From contig CM119269.1 of assembly GCA_051294375.1 (NCBI GenBank), positions 19,205,422 to 19,269,421 on the forward strand: a stretch of DNA of 64,000 bases, given 5' to 3'. The stretch is from Paraspadella gotoi (lineage: Eukaryota; Animalia; Chaetognatha). Numbering within the stretch: the stretch's first letter is position 1; every line of letters starts with the position of its first letter. The position numbers and the translations under genes were made by a program. The notes under the pieces are model-generated. The model saw only the letters and a list, made by a program, of their open reading frames with translations, ran no database searches and had not been told where the DNA came from. Shown here piece by piece: positions 1-14,700 of this stretch.

Positions 1-3000
1 AAGGACGTGTGCTTCACCTGTTGGGCGGGTCACTACTGCGATTCGGAAAAAACTTCGTTGCAATCCATGATGGACGACAAAAAATGTCCGGCTGGAACTT
101 TCTGTCCTCAGGGACAAGATTCTCTTCCGGATCTCACGACCAACGCCTGCAAGCTGGGCCACTATTGTCTCAAAGGGGTAAATAGGAAGGACCTCGAGAG
201 TCGAGAGATGTTTCCTACTTTATGGTCAAGCTATCAAATTATAATAGTGTTCGTGCGGAATTAGGTGGTTTTCTTAAGTGATAATTTCTCGTAGTTAAGT
301 AGATCGGATCGTACGAGATAAATGAAGAGCACATAGTAAGAGGGCATGGGAAGAAAACATTGATGGCAAAAAAAAGTGTTTTTTTAATTTCTTAGTTGAA
401 AAGCGATGAAACAGATTTTTAGAGAAAATTTCGGTTCTAATTTGGGATATGGGTTAAGGAAATTGAAGAGATAGAGAGACAGAGAGAGAGAGACAGAGAG
501 AGAACTCACTTGATTATCTCCTATTCATATAGTTATATCTTGTTCACATACCAGACCAAGACAGAACAACCTTGTCCAAGTGGAAAGTACGGCCCACGAA
601 CTGGACTCAGAAATGTCACGGAGTGTCTTCAATGCCCACCTGGGTATTTTTGCTACCCAGAGGGGATCAGTGAAATTGTAAGTCTCTTTCCAATAAGTAT
701 TTTTTTAATCAGTTCAATCAAGTGTTAATTTTCCATTTAAATATTTTCGTTTTCTTTTCTTTTTCTGTAGACCGAGAGTCAAGCGTGTCCAGACGGCTAC
801 TTTTGCCCAGAAGGAACGGGCCATCACTTGTCTAATCCTTGCCCAATTGGATATTACAGAAAACGTAAGATCTAAACTAAAATTAAACTTTATCCAGAAT
901 GGTATTATACTTAATAAAATCGTGAAAAAATTAGTTCATTTTGAGACTCCACTACATCAATTTTTGCATTCTTCATGATGATTAACTGAGAAATGTGCAT
1001 TGCACATTATTCTATGTATGAATGACCAATTTATCTTGTCTTTCCTTCCAGGATCGTCAGCAATTTCCGTTAGCGACTGTACCCTCTGTATTTCGGGATT
1101 TTACTGCGACGAGCAAGGGCTGGCCACTCCAAAGATATGCCCTCGAGGCCAATTCTGCCCAACAGGCAGCTTTAACTCCACTCCTTGTGAACCGGGTTAC
1201 TACTCCAACGCCACGGGGCTTTCCGGCTCGCACCAATGCAACCCTTGCCCTGGGGGAAGGTACTGCGCCGGATATGGGAATACTAAATCATCGGGGCCGT
1301 GCGAGGAAGGCTTCTACTGCAGAACTAAGGCAGTCTCTGAGGTAGGTCTTTCCTCAGGAGTAACTTATTTTTTTCTTTTTAGTTGATAATTAATTTCATT
1401 ACTACGTAATAATTCTCACAAAAAAATTGACAAAAATATTTTTCTACTGGTTATTTAAACATCATTGTTTAAGTAAAAATCTAACTTTTATATAAATTAT
1501 ATAAGTAAATATTTAAAAAAGTTTATTACCTGAACCAGATTTTCTTCCAATTAGGCGCCAGTTGACGGTGCGACTGGTGGGCTCTGTCTTAAGGGTGGTT
1601 ACTGCCCAGAAGGGTCAGCTTGGCCAGAAGCGTGCAAGCCTGGGTACTACACAAACAAGATAGGAGCCAAAACTTTCAACGATTGCCTCTCATGCGATCC
1701 CGGGTATGGAAAGGGTGAGGGATGCAATGAGGTTAACTTATTGTACGCAGTTTGATCTTTAATGGAGATAACATGTAAAAATCTGATCGATACAAAAACT
1801 AAGTTACGTATGTGTGATCTCATGTCATCTTGGCAATGTAGTGATGCGTGCAAAATTACTCATAATTTAAGAAAATATAGAAAAAATTGTTTTAATTATT
1901 TACCTTACTATTTGCCTCGCCTCAACAGAAAGTATTGTCCGGGTGGTGCTGGCGAAGACGCCAGTCTCAAATGTCACGCGGGTTATTACTGCCCTGGAGG
2001 CTCTAAAGTCCCCAACGATAAGAAGGCAAAAGCGGGGCACTACAGCAAAGAAGGTAAGGTCTCAAAGTGTCCTTGCTACCTTTTTACTCTCTACCTTTTG
2101 GCCCCTCAAAAAATTAAAATATGTATTATCATTATCCTTATTATCATAATCTTCACAAATCTCCTGTAGGCGCTTACATTGACACACCATGCAATCCTGG
2201 CTACTATCAGCCCTCCAGTGGGCAGTCTGAATGTCGCCTGTGCATCCAGGGCAGCTTTTGTAACGAGACAGGCACGGCTGATGCAACGCTCTGCCCGAAG
2301 GGCTTCTACTGCCCTCTCGGAAGCGTCAATCCCATTGCGTGCCACGTTGTAAGACAATCGTTTTTGGAAGCATCAACTTCCCAGTCAGGCTTTTTCTTTC
2401 TTTCTTTCTTTCTTTTTTTTGTTTTTTTGTTTTAAATCTTTTCCCCCTTTCAGTCTCTCACTGACAGTTAAAATTTCCCTAAACCTTTCACCCTCGTAGG
2501 GAACTTACCTCGATGTGGAAGGTAAGGACTCGGAATATGCCTGCGAGCTCTGTCCCTTGGGGTACTACTGCAACGAAACGGGTCTGGCGAAACCGAAGGG
2601 AAAATGTGCGGCTGGTCACTATTGTAACAGGAGGAATTCTACTTCGCCGTTTCCAGTAAGAGAATACTTCTTACTAAAAAAACAGAGAGATAAGAGAGAG
2701 ATATCGTTTTTAAAGTAATTTCGTCTGTTCCAATTATATCATGAATGGTACTAGCTTTAATGGTAGCTTCGTGACATAGGTTAAACACCATTACCAAAGC
2801 AAAATGAAAAAAAAAAGTCACCCATAGTCTATATTGCCCGGTCTTGAATATAATTTTTCGTCGACTTACCATTCATAACTCCCCCATTGAAGGACAAATC
2901 GGCTGGCGACGATTTTGGTGACATTTGCCCCCGTGGATTTTTCTGCATCGAGGGCACAATCACGCCAAAACAGTGCGGCAACGGAACTTACAGCAACTCC

Positions 3001-6000
3001 ACTGGCCTTAAGGCCGAAGAGGATTGCGAGCCCTGCGACGCCGGGCGGGTCTGTACGGGGCTCGGCCTGACTGAGCCCAACGGAGTCTGCGCTAAAGGTG
3101 CAGAGTGAAAGAGAAAATTTTTCTATTTTTATGCAGTTACCTTTATTTAACTCTGTTTGAATTTTCGCCTTTTCTTCCTCCTTTCCTTTTCGTCCTTTCC
3201 TTCCTTCCTTCCCTCCTTTTCGCCTTTCCTTTTTTCCCTTCTCCATAACTTTGTCAGGGTTTTACTGCTTGCGCGGCGCCAAAACTCCAACTCCCGAGGA
3301 CAAGGTTACCGGGGGAATGTGCCCGGCGGGTTACTATTGCCCTCAAGGCAGCACTCATCCCCTGCGATGCCCTCCTGGGCTTTATCAAGAGAGCGAGGGC
3401 AAGGAGGCCTGCGACCCTTGTCCGGCCGGTTTCTACTGCAGGGGTGAATATATAGACGTTTTTTAGCACCTGATGGAGGGACATTATTAGTAAAGTGACA
3501 ATATTCCTATTATAGTTTAGAGGAACTTTTAAATCACTTTTTAAAGCACTATTTAAAGAAAATGTTACAGCGTTTAAATTTTTTTTTTTTAAATCTTTAA
3601 TTTTTTTAGACAAAAAAATTTAAAGCGTTAAAGCATTAAATATTGCTTTTGTTAATTGTTTTTGTGATCTCGTTGGCAGGAAACGAATGGAGCGAGTCCA
3701 AGAACCCCTGCCTTGGGGGTCATTACTGTCCCGATGGCTCCGAGTCAGGTGTGCCCTGCCCAAGAGGCACATTCAACAATGAGACGGAAAGGAAGAGTGT
3801 TAGTGCGTGCTCGCCATGTGTAAAGGGTAAGTAAAAAAAAAATAGAAGAGCTAACAGCAACGGGAAACCGAAAATGAAATTAAAGAAAGACAATAAAGTT
3901 TTTGATTCCACTAGGCCGATACTGTTTCGCCCTCGGTCTCGAAGATTCTTCCCAAATTCCCGGCACCGGAGAATGCGCGGCCGGATTCTATTGCGAATCC
4001 GGCGTGACTACCGCCACCCCCGGAGCCCCCGAACCAACATTTGGTGCCAACCTCACGACCACAGACGCATCGCCAACATCCTCGCCCTGCAACGTCTCGA
4101 CCGTGCCGGAACGTGGCGGACTCTGCCCCCGGGGTCACTTTTGTCTCAAGGGCGGACTCGGGGGCCCCAGCGGTCGGTATCCATCTCCTTGCCCCGTGGG
4201 AACTTTTTTGGGTAAGTTAAAGATGGACCGGGTTGCGATGTTCTCGAAGTTACGTGTCGTCCAATAAAAATTTGATCAAAATTTAACTAGAATAACGTTA
4301 ATTCATAAAGAAAATTAAGACCACTCGCAAAGTAAGAAACGGAAGCTAGCGGAGTATAACTACTTGATCTTTTTTCATCGGTCTTATTTTTATTTTAATT
4401 TTTTTTCAGGTATTTAAATTAAAAAAATTATAAACTATGCCAAATATAGAAGAAAATTAATTTATAATGGACTTACCTACCTTAATATAGGCTTTCAAAT
4501 ACATATATAGTAAGCTTATTATGATTTATGTTTTGATATAGAAATACTAAATAATTTAAATAATTAATATATGAAAAAATTGATACTTTGATTTTTGTTT
4601 AGCATGAATAAACATAATTTTTCAATTATTTGTTCATGATGCTTTTAATAGATTACTGGTTCAGTGATCCTTTTCAAATTATAATAATTGATAAGCTTCT
4701 TTATTTTAGTAATTACTGACTGCTATATTTATCTTACTTTGTGACAAAATCCAAAAATTACTGATATTAAAAATTATTGTATGTAAACAGACGAAAACTT
4801 TTTTTAATTCAGATTGCTATTAATTTTTTGGAGGATATGTATATTGATCCTTGGACTAAAATTTAAAAAGTTTCAACAATCTCAACTCGACATTTTAAGC
4901 CAAAAAGTTAGGTTGTTTAAAAAAATGCAAGATGCAAAAAGTAATAAAAAGTTATTGTCTTGAATATCTTTTGAAAAAAAGAGGAGCAAGGTGGGTGTGG
5001 TATCCAAATTAAAGCCCCTAATCTGGGACACATTTTCTAGAACAGTTTATTAAAATTTTATCCATTAAATCTTTACACAGTTTTATTTAATACGATTTAA
5101 AAGATATAACAGTGTTTTTGCATTACAATTTCAATGAAGGCATTATGAACATTTTTGTTTTTCTTTTGACATTGAAAGAGAAAGTCTGAATTACATTCTG
5201 TAATTATATTAAATTTTCTCAACTTTCATAAATTGCTTGTATTTTTAGTTTAAATAAAAAACAAGCAAAAATTTGTAGTAGCTTGATACAAATGTTTTTT
5301 TTTAAATTGAAAATGATTAAATATAAAATTTTTTCAGTCTTGATAAAAACAGTCTGGAGTCTACCTTCTTGTTCTGTGAAAAAAACATAATCATTTTTTC
5401 ATTATCTTCAACTGCAAAGCAAAAGCTGAATACTGCCTGTTTATCGTAATAAATTTTAAAAAACATTACTTAACTGCTGACATATTTGACAAAGCAAGAC
5501 TCATTGTGTGTGAATTGTATTGCTAATATTTTTCTTTTAAATATAAAACCTTTATAAGGAATTTAATTCTATTATTTATCATCCATTTTAACTAAGAAAA
5601 AAATTCGCAAAAGGGATTCATTGAACTTGACTTAATGATTTGATTTTTAAGGTTTCTTTACTGCCGCCACATTACGCAAGACTAAAAAGGTCTATTATAA
5701 TATCATGTCATATTGTACAGATTTTCTCTACCCTTATATGCACCTTGCATTCTGATTTCTTTTTTTTCCTTTCAATGATATTAATTTAAAAAAATTAATT
5801 GATAGAGAACGTAACAGCATGGAGATACTGTGGAGCCTTAGTTACCCCACTCCCAATCAAATTTTTAAACAAGGGTTTTTTTTTTCATCTATTCTTAGAC
5901 ATTAACTCTAATATTGGTCACTATTTCTTTAAATTTTTTACATTCTCTTTTAGCGTAAGTCAAAGAAAACGTTTTGCGTGTTCATAAAAATTATTTCAGA

Positions 6001-8631
6001 AAAAAAGTTCAAATGTTTTCAAAATTTAAAAAAATCTATGAGGATCTACTATACTTAACACAATATCTGACGTTAATATGTATTTAGAACTTTGATGCCC
6101 ACTCCAAATAAAAAAAAAGTTAAATATACTGCTTTTCTGTCATATTTACAAGAGGCTCTTGAATTAAGGTTGTAAACCTACAAAGCAGTTCGAAATATAA
6201 TTATTTATACATTTTGACAACCTTGTAAAAATGTCTAGTTGGGGATGATTTTAAATTTTTTGATTTTGTCAAAGGATAATTATTATATGCAGTTCGAAAC
6301 AATTAAAATAGATTGATTTAAAAAAAGTTTGTGGTGTGTATACATAATTTTTAATAGTCGGAAGTAATTTTTGGATTTTGTCAAAAGTAGTAATATAGCA
6401 GTCAGTATTATTAAAATAAAAAGAAGTTATAAATTATTATAATTGGAATTGATACAGGACTGAGCCAGTAGCTATTAAAAGGCGGGATCGTGAACATTAA
6501 TTAAATAATGTGATGGTTTAGTGTATGCTAAAAAAAAATGTCAAGTTAAAATTTGTTTTCATATATTAATTTTATGTAAATGTATTTAGTTTTCTATGTA
6601 AAGAGCATCATAAGATAACGTGTACGTATATATGTATTTGAAGGGCCTATTATTAGGGTAGGTAAGTCCCTTATAATATAAATTTTTCTTCAATCATTTG
6701 GCATAGTTATAATTTTTTTTAATTTATTATTTGAAAAAAAATTAAAATAATATTTTTAATTAAAGAAAAATTATTACAAATAAAACGTATTAAAGATAGC
6801 AATTAATGGTTATGGGACTCAAACGAAAGAAAATTGTTCAAGATATGTATGATGCATTGAAGATTTTCATTTTAAAAAAATTTAAACCATTTTTTAATTT
6901 TTTTTTATTCTACTTTATTGTTTTATATAGCATTAATTTTAATATTAATTATGAAAAAAAAACTGTCATGAGGAAAATTTGATTACCCTTTTTTTGTGTA
7001 GCCCAAAGTCCGGAAAACCGTATCCCGGGACATCTCATTCTTGTGCCTCCATGCCGATTTAAATCGATGTTAAAAAGGAACCGTTGCTTTCGTATCCAGT
7101 CTCGCGTCTCTCTNNNNNNNNNNNNNNNNNNNNNNNNNCGTCTTGCATTTCTAGTTTTCGCATTTTAGAACTTTTTCAAGATGGCGTCCTTACATTTTTA
7201 TTTGTGGATGATAAGCTCCAGAGCTGTCGTGATTTTATTTAGAAGCAATAAGTTCGAAATGCCAACACAGTTAGCGATTATGATTATTATACTAGAAGTA
7301 TATTGAGTTATAATTAACTCTTTTGCCTTATCCCTCTACTCCACTTCTTCCCAACTCAGACTCGGAGGGAGGCGCGTCGGCGTCGGATTGCCGACCCTGC
7401 TCGGGCGGCCGGTTCTGCTCCGGCGAGGGACTCGCCTCGCCTTCCGGTCTCTGTTCCGCCGGTTACTTCTGCCTCGGCGGGGCCGAGAAACCGGAGCCGG
7501 AGGATGACCCCAGTTCCGGCGGCGGCCCTTGTCCCGTCGGCCGATATTGTCCGGAAGGTGAGGGTTATTCTTTCGGAAGATTTTGGCGCCGAAAAGGTTT
7601 TCAACCGACGCTAAGTGGTGGTTGAAAATTTAATGTTTGTGAATGATTCTGCACCCATGGCAATTTATTCCGGGATCAGCCTTGTTTAGATAAATAATAT
7701 TAAATATTGTATAAACTATAAATACATTACATCATAAGCTTTACCTTTTTACTCTACTTCTTTAACACAAATAGTCACGATTAACTCTCTCTTTCATTGT
7801 TTATCACCTCGATTCACCCACTCCGCTCTTTGCCGTAAACCATCAGATTTCTCTTTTTTTCCCTCTAGGACACACGTTTTTTTTTTCTTTCTTGAAATCC
7901 GAAGGGAAACCTCGAAAATGTTGAGGGTTATTTATTTCTGCGAGGCGATCTCTAATTCTCTAATTCTCTAATCTCTATCTTACTCTCTCTCTCTCTCTCT
8001 CTTCTCAAATAAATATTATAATCTTTCCGATGTTATTCCTTCCTTTTTTCACTTCTCTGATGTATAAAAAAAACTTTTTTTCACTTTTTGAAATATGATT
8101 GTTGGTCATTTATAAAGTTTTTTCTCCCCACAAAAATCAACATCGATTAAGGTACGGAGCACCCGCTGCCATGCCCGTCTGGCCGCTACAACGATGAACC
8201 GGGCTGGTCGGAATGTCGGCCCTGCCCGCAGGGATTTTCCTGCCCGGCTGGGGTGACGAGATTCGACCAAGCACCGGCCTTTCCGTGCCCTGTCGGCCGC
8301 TACTGCCCGGAGGGCACGGTGGCCAACGCCGAGCCCCTGTGCCCGCGAGGAACATTCAGGTTTGCTGGCCGATCGGAAAAATAAAGTTTCGCCGGAGAAA
8401 TTAAAATAAATTAGCAAACAATAACAACCATTTCTCAGAAACGAATCGGGCGGCGCTGACGCTTCCGACTGCCGCCTCTGCGACGGCGGCCGCTACTGCG
8501 ATGTGGACGGGTTGTCGGCGCCGGCCGGAGAATGCAGCGCCGGGTTCTTTTGCATCGGCGGCGCTGTTTCAAAGACACCCAGTACCGGAAGTGGCGTTAT
8601 GGAATGCGTTGATGAAGGTAGGAGAGAGAGT

Positions 8632-8667
<36 letters not shown>

Positions 8668-11600
8668 AAAAAAACAAAAAAAGGGAGACTCATAAGTTTT
8701 GTTTTTTAAAGCTTCAATTTGTGCCGCTTTCGGAAACAAGACGAGTGGTCCGTGCCCTGTTGGCCATTACTGCCCCGTCGGGACCACCATTCCCCTCTCA
8801 TGCGACGAGGGACACTTTTGCGGAAAAGGAGGGCTATGGGAACCTCAAGTTAGTAGAGATTTTATCCAATCTTTTGTCACTTCTTCTTAAGTCACAACCG
8901 TAACCTCCAATTTTTAAAACATGCATCATTCGTATTGGGACTGATTCTGAAATAAACTGATTTTTCTTACAGGGTCCGTGTCACTCCGGCTTCTATTGCA
9001 AACCGGGATCATCAGTTCCGAATCCACAAAATTCCACTGAGGGTGACTTGTGTCCCGAAGGAAGATATTGCGGTGAGTCAAAAGTAGTCAGAAAGGGTAG
9101 ACATCTTTACTTAAACTTAAAATCAGTCATCACTTTCTAAAGCTTGGTATTATTCCATGTAACCCTCAATATTTTTAAAAAATTCAAATTTTAAAGATTG
9201 TATTTTCACAATGACGGGGAAATAAATTTAAACAAGCAGTAAGAAAATGCATTATCAGTATAAAATACACAAGAAACCTCGTTCTTCTATTATTATTGAC
9301 TTTTGCTTCGTGGTTAAGTACATCGATGTGTTTTAGCAGAAGAGAGAAAAAGTTGAACCTCATTTTTGATGAAAAAATAATACACTGAGGCGAAAAAAAA
9401 AGGAAACGACTTGTTAGCTTCAAATATCTTCGTTCCACCTTTAACAAAAAATATTAATTAAAACTATAGCTCTTTTAAAGATCGTTGCAAGAAAAATTTA
9501 AATTAGTTTAGGTAGTACTTTTTTTTGCGCCACAGTGTAAAAGGGAATGAGGATTGTTGTGTTAGATTTGGGATTTTTTAGATTTGTGATTTGTTGGAAT
9601 TTGGTCGGATTTGGTTGTGTAGTACAGCCGAGGGGAGAAAAACTGGCATTTGATGAAGGTAAATGAATGGGCTTAAGAAATACCAATAAAAATGTTGAAA
9701 TCATGTGGAGTTTTGTTTCACCGATTAAAAACCAAATCATTTACTTATTCTTTTTTGTACTTTATAAGTACAAAAATTGTATCATCATTACTACTAATTT
9801 TACAATGTACCAATTGATCAACCAACATGGTTGTCAAATATTTATGGTTTAAATCAAGAGCAGGACCAGCTGCGATAAAAATCTTAACTTCTGTTAATTC
9901 TCTGTCTCTCCATCTCTCTGAAAAAAATGTTTCGAAGTCCCACATGCCCGACAGTCCGGTCTCAGATTTCCGCTGCAGGATCGTCCTGATTGAAGCAGCA
10001 CCAACTGTAGGTCTTCACGTGAAGAGACTTGAGGGTGTCCCGGAAGGCGGCTCGAAGGGCCTTCATGCGGAGAGCGTAGACGAGCGGGTTGATGGCCGAG
10101 TTGGCGATGCCGGCGAAGAGAAAGGCGATGCGCGCAGTGAGGAAATCTTCGGTCACACGGGCTGCAAAAAATGTCAAAATTAAAGAAATATTATATATTA
10201 TATTACAAAAAATTAATTGTTTTTTCGCGAAAAACTTTCGTTTCTTCTGAAAAAATATGTTAAAATATTTAAAAAAAAAAAATTAAAGACGATTATATAA
10301 TGGGGAGTGATGGAAATTTTAATATATATATAATGTATAGAAAAATATTTGAAAATCGTGAAAGAAGAAAAGGATGAAAATATGCAATTGAATGTTAGTA
10401 TCAGCACTAAGCAAAGATTAAAGGATAGATCAAAGCGGAAAAAGAAAGAGAACAATAAGAAAAGATAAGGAAACAAAAACTAAATCAATCTCACTGGAGG
10501 AATTGTAGACGAGAAGAAAGTGAAAGGGCGTCCAACAGAGAACGAAGATCATGACGATGATCATCATCGACGTCGTCTTGTGCAAAGAACGCTTCAGCTT
10601 GCCCTTGGACCCGAAGGCCTGCTTGGTCAGCGGAGACGACTCCGAGTCCACCGAGTTGAGGGAACCGTTCAAGGCTCCGATCAAGACGCCCCCTTTGATC
10701 CGCTCGACCAGGTGAGGCTGGCGGAGCAGCGTGGAGACGGCTGACGGGGCGGCGCTGACGTCGGCCGTGGCGTCAGCGGCGGAAGGGTGGGTGGCGTCGA
10801 CGAGACTCTCCGAGGCGACGGAGGGTTCGACGCCAGAGTCGGCCGAATCGATGGATCGGTGGACGGTCATGCGACTGGAGGGTGGGGAATAAGGGGATAG
10901 AACGACGAATAGGTATTAGTGGTTAAGAAAAGAAAAATTTACGCGTCAAAGACTCTTTTGTCAAATTACTACCTCAATCCGTAGACGGAATTCCCCACGC
11001 TCATCAGACCTTGAGATATTTCCGTCGAGCACGCCTGAATTAGCGTAAAAAATGTTTTATTTAGATGGCGTTATAATTAAATTGGGCTATTCATTTCGCC
11101 ATCGCGCGGAGAAAAAAAATTTGCGACCGATTTTCCCGCACAGTTGATGGCAATGTCAAGAATGATTAGTTATTTTTTTATTTTTTTATTTTGGCTCAAT
11201 GAAATTTTCTTTTTTTATTTTTGGCTCAACGAAATTGATTATGGTAATTAGATAAATTTAAATTTAATCAAATCGATAAAAGTTAAAAACTGTTTAAGCG
11301 AAAACTGACCTCGGAGGAACTCTTATTTTCCAGCCGAGTCGCCGACAACATTTCCGACAAAATTTGTTGCTTGTGACACTGAAAACGAAACGATGACATT
11401 ATAAATATTTTTACGTATTTTTTGAACGTTGTACCAACACAAACGGATCTTTTATTTAATTTTTTTTTCATTAGTTATTTTCTAAATTATTTTCATGTTT
11501 GAAACAAAACAAAGCGTCCTCTTTCTCTCCCTCCTCACCTTAGCCGTTCTGAAGATGACGTAATAGAAGCCGAGCATTATTATTGTAAAGACGGAATACT

Positions 11601-11702
11601 GTGCCGAAAGGAAGATGAGATACCACTGTGGCAGAGCGCACTCCATTATGCAAACGGTGTAGTCCCTAGCGGAGATTAGAAGGTTCCGTCGTACAAATCT
11701 CG

Positions 11703-11748
<46 letters not shown>

Positions 11749-14700
11749 TTCTCTCTCTCTCTCACCTTCTTTCTACGTGAAATGGCGTTCTCTCGTTCCA
11801 CGAATGGAAACGAATCGGGAGACAACCGACGACCAAGGAGTAGACCTGAGGGATAGAGAGAGATTAGAGAGATATTATTAAGGGGCATCGGGGGGTGAAA
11901 GAGAAATAAATAAATAAAGAATGAAAGAAAGAAAGAAAGAAAGAAAGACAGAAATCAATCAATCAAGTTCATACTATTTTACTCACCCAAACTGCGGTAA
12001 TTATTTTGATTCCCCTTCGTTTCGTCATTATTGTGTGATAATGCAACGGGTAAGTTATATAAATGAAGCGATCCAGGGCTGAGGAAGACAGTAAATGTGT
12101 GTCTATAATTTATAATTATACAAGTATTATCATCTCCGAAGTTTTCCCTCTACGAACTTACCAACTGCGAGCAGAGTAGCTATGGAGCAAGTGTACGATA
12201 CGAAGACAATGATAAACATAAACAAACAAACAGTTTTGTTGTTGTAGAGATCGGGAAGCATGTAAAACAAGGACCATGTCGGCATCGTTATTCCAACTGA
12301 CATTAAAAAAATATATATATATATATGAAAGTTTAGTTCATTACGCTTTAGTCTCGGAGAGAAGCGGCCACAAAACCTTACCCATGCAGTCGGCGACGGC
12401 GAGATTCAGAATGAAAGAGTAGGTAAGGTTGTGAAGATTCCTGTGAGTCGCGATGGACGCGATCACCAAAGCGTTGCTGATAAAAAAAAAATAGTGTAAA
12501 AAAAAAACCATTTGGTTTTCTCCGGGAAAACGAGACCAATAATTAACGAAAAGTGCAGAGAAAAATATCGTGTCAAAAGTCGTGAGTCTCTCATTAAATT
12601 AAACCTGATCACTGTGATTGGCGTGAGAAGAAAGTAAGTGGTGATCCATGCCATCGAGATGAATTCGTTGCTGGTTGTTTTGTTCTCGAAACTCTGACAA
12701 GTTTGGAGCCGTTCCAGGGCGAGGGAGTTGCACTGCGGAGGAAGAAAGGGGGTGATCGGGGGGGGGGTGTTGTGGATTTAGCGGTGGTGGTCAAAATTAT
12801 AGGAAAAATCGAGAGAGGTGATATAAGATACTGTAGGCGTAGCGTAATGACGAGAAATAAATGACTCCCGATTAATGGATTAAGAAGGGAGAAAGAGAGA
12901 GAGAATGGGGCTGACAGTGAATGAATAATGATCGAACTAATTAGTATTTGAATTAATATATAAAAGGATGTGTGAAAAAAATATAACTCTAAAAAAGGGA
13001 TTATGCGCTGATGAAGGTTGGCAAAAACGAGAGCCGGAACATGTATTCTGTTTTCATTAAAATCTTCTTTTTTTTTTGTGAACAAAATTATACTTTGTTT
13101 TCTCTCTAAATAAGTATGAGAGGAAAAAAGATAAACTAAAACAAATAAGAAAGAACTTACGTCCTGCATTTCGCCGTCTAATAATTGCGACGATATCGCT
13201 GTCGTCTCTGTCGTCGTCGTCTCGTTCTGTATCGTCTCCGAAATTTGATTAACGACGATGACAACGAAATCTTCGAGAAGCGAGGAATTCGAAGGGCGAA
13301 TCTGCGACGAATTAGAAGGGCGAATCTGCGACGAATTCGAAGGATTTGGAGGCGAAATCCTATGACGATTTTGCGCCCAATTTTCCATCAGTAAAGAGGC
13401 TCCGATTGTTAATCAATAATTTGTTCAATCATCGTTTTGTATTGATTTAATTTCGGAGGGTAAATTGTTCTCTTGTTATTTTAAGTTTTTTTTTTCGATA
13501 GTTTCTCAATCAATGGTTTTTCGGTTTCGTTGTAACTTGGTTACAAACGCCGCTCATCTTAAGTTTTCACGTATTTTTTTTCCTGCTTTTTAGACAATTT
13601 TGTGAATCTGTTTTCGGTTTGTGTTTTTCATCATGTCACAAGAAGTGTTTTAGTTTTTGAGGGAAAAAGACGCCACTGGTTTTCGGTCGTTTAATAACCG
13701 GAAACGAAAACTGAGGGAGAAAATAATTAAACTGTCAAGTTAAAAGGTTAAAGGTTAAAGGATTAAAAGGCCAAGGCAAGGATTGACGAGACGAAACGAA
13801 GAATAGTTAAGGGCGTAGAACCTTATTTATACAATGATATTGATATTGATTGAGAGATGATATTGACATAAGAAATATTATTATTAAGCTATAAGCATAA
13901 TGAAATTGAAAATCTGTGAGAGATTTATTCTTTTCTCTGGCATTTTTAAAAAAAAAATGTAACAATAAATTATTTAAATATTCATTCATTCATTCATTCA
14001 TTCATTCATTCATTCATTCATTCTTTCATCTATACATTGATATCGATCTATTCTTACGTTCTTAGCGTCGACAAACGGAAATGGTTTTTGTGAAAAAAAA
14101 GAAGTTTTTTTCGCATTTTTCACGATTGACGATTCGTGAGAAAAAGTTTTCATCGAGAGGAGATAAAGCGAACGCGTTCGGTGAAGATGGAAAGAAAGAT
14201 CGTGAAAGAGAGAGAGAGAGAGAGTGTCGCGCGCGTGCTGCGTCGAAATGAAACGCCCAGGCGAAAACCGCTCACGCGAGTCCGTCACGCGTTCGCGGTT
14301 GCTTGCTACGCGTGACTCGAGCGCTTGCTTCACGCGACCCTAGTGCTTGGTTCACTGGGCACGTGCGCTTTGACTCTCGGCGCCACGTGAGCTCTGAAAA
14401 TTCCCCGCCTCGACGATCACGCGTCGTCGTCGCGATTACGACACAGATTTCGGGGGAAACAAAAAAAAATACGCCAACTCTAATTTGGCTTTGAGGTCGA
14501 AAATATGGTTGTTTTTTTTTTGCTTTTGTTATTATTTGATTTTTGGTTTTCCCTTTTTTTTTCCCCCGTTTTCCGGTTACGCAATCACGGTTTTCGTTCG
14601 TTTCGCTTCAAGTTAAAATGGGTTTGTGATTTACCGGGTTTTTCGTTCGACTACAATTGGTGAATGCGGTACAAAAAATAAGTGCATATCTTTTATTTTT

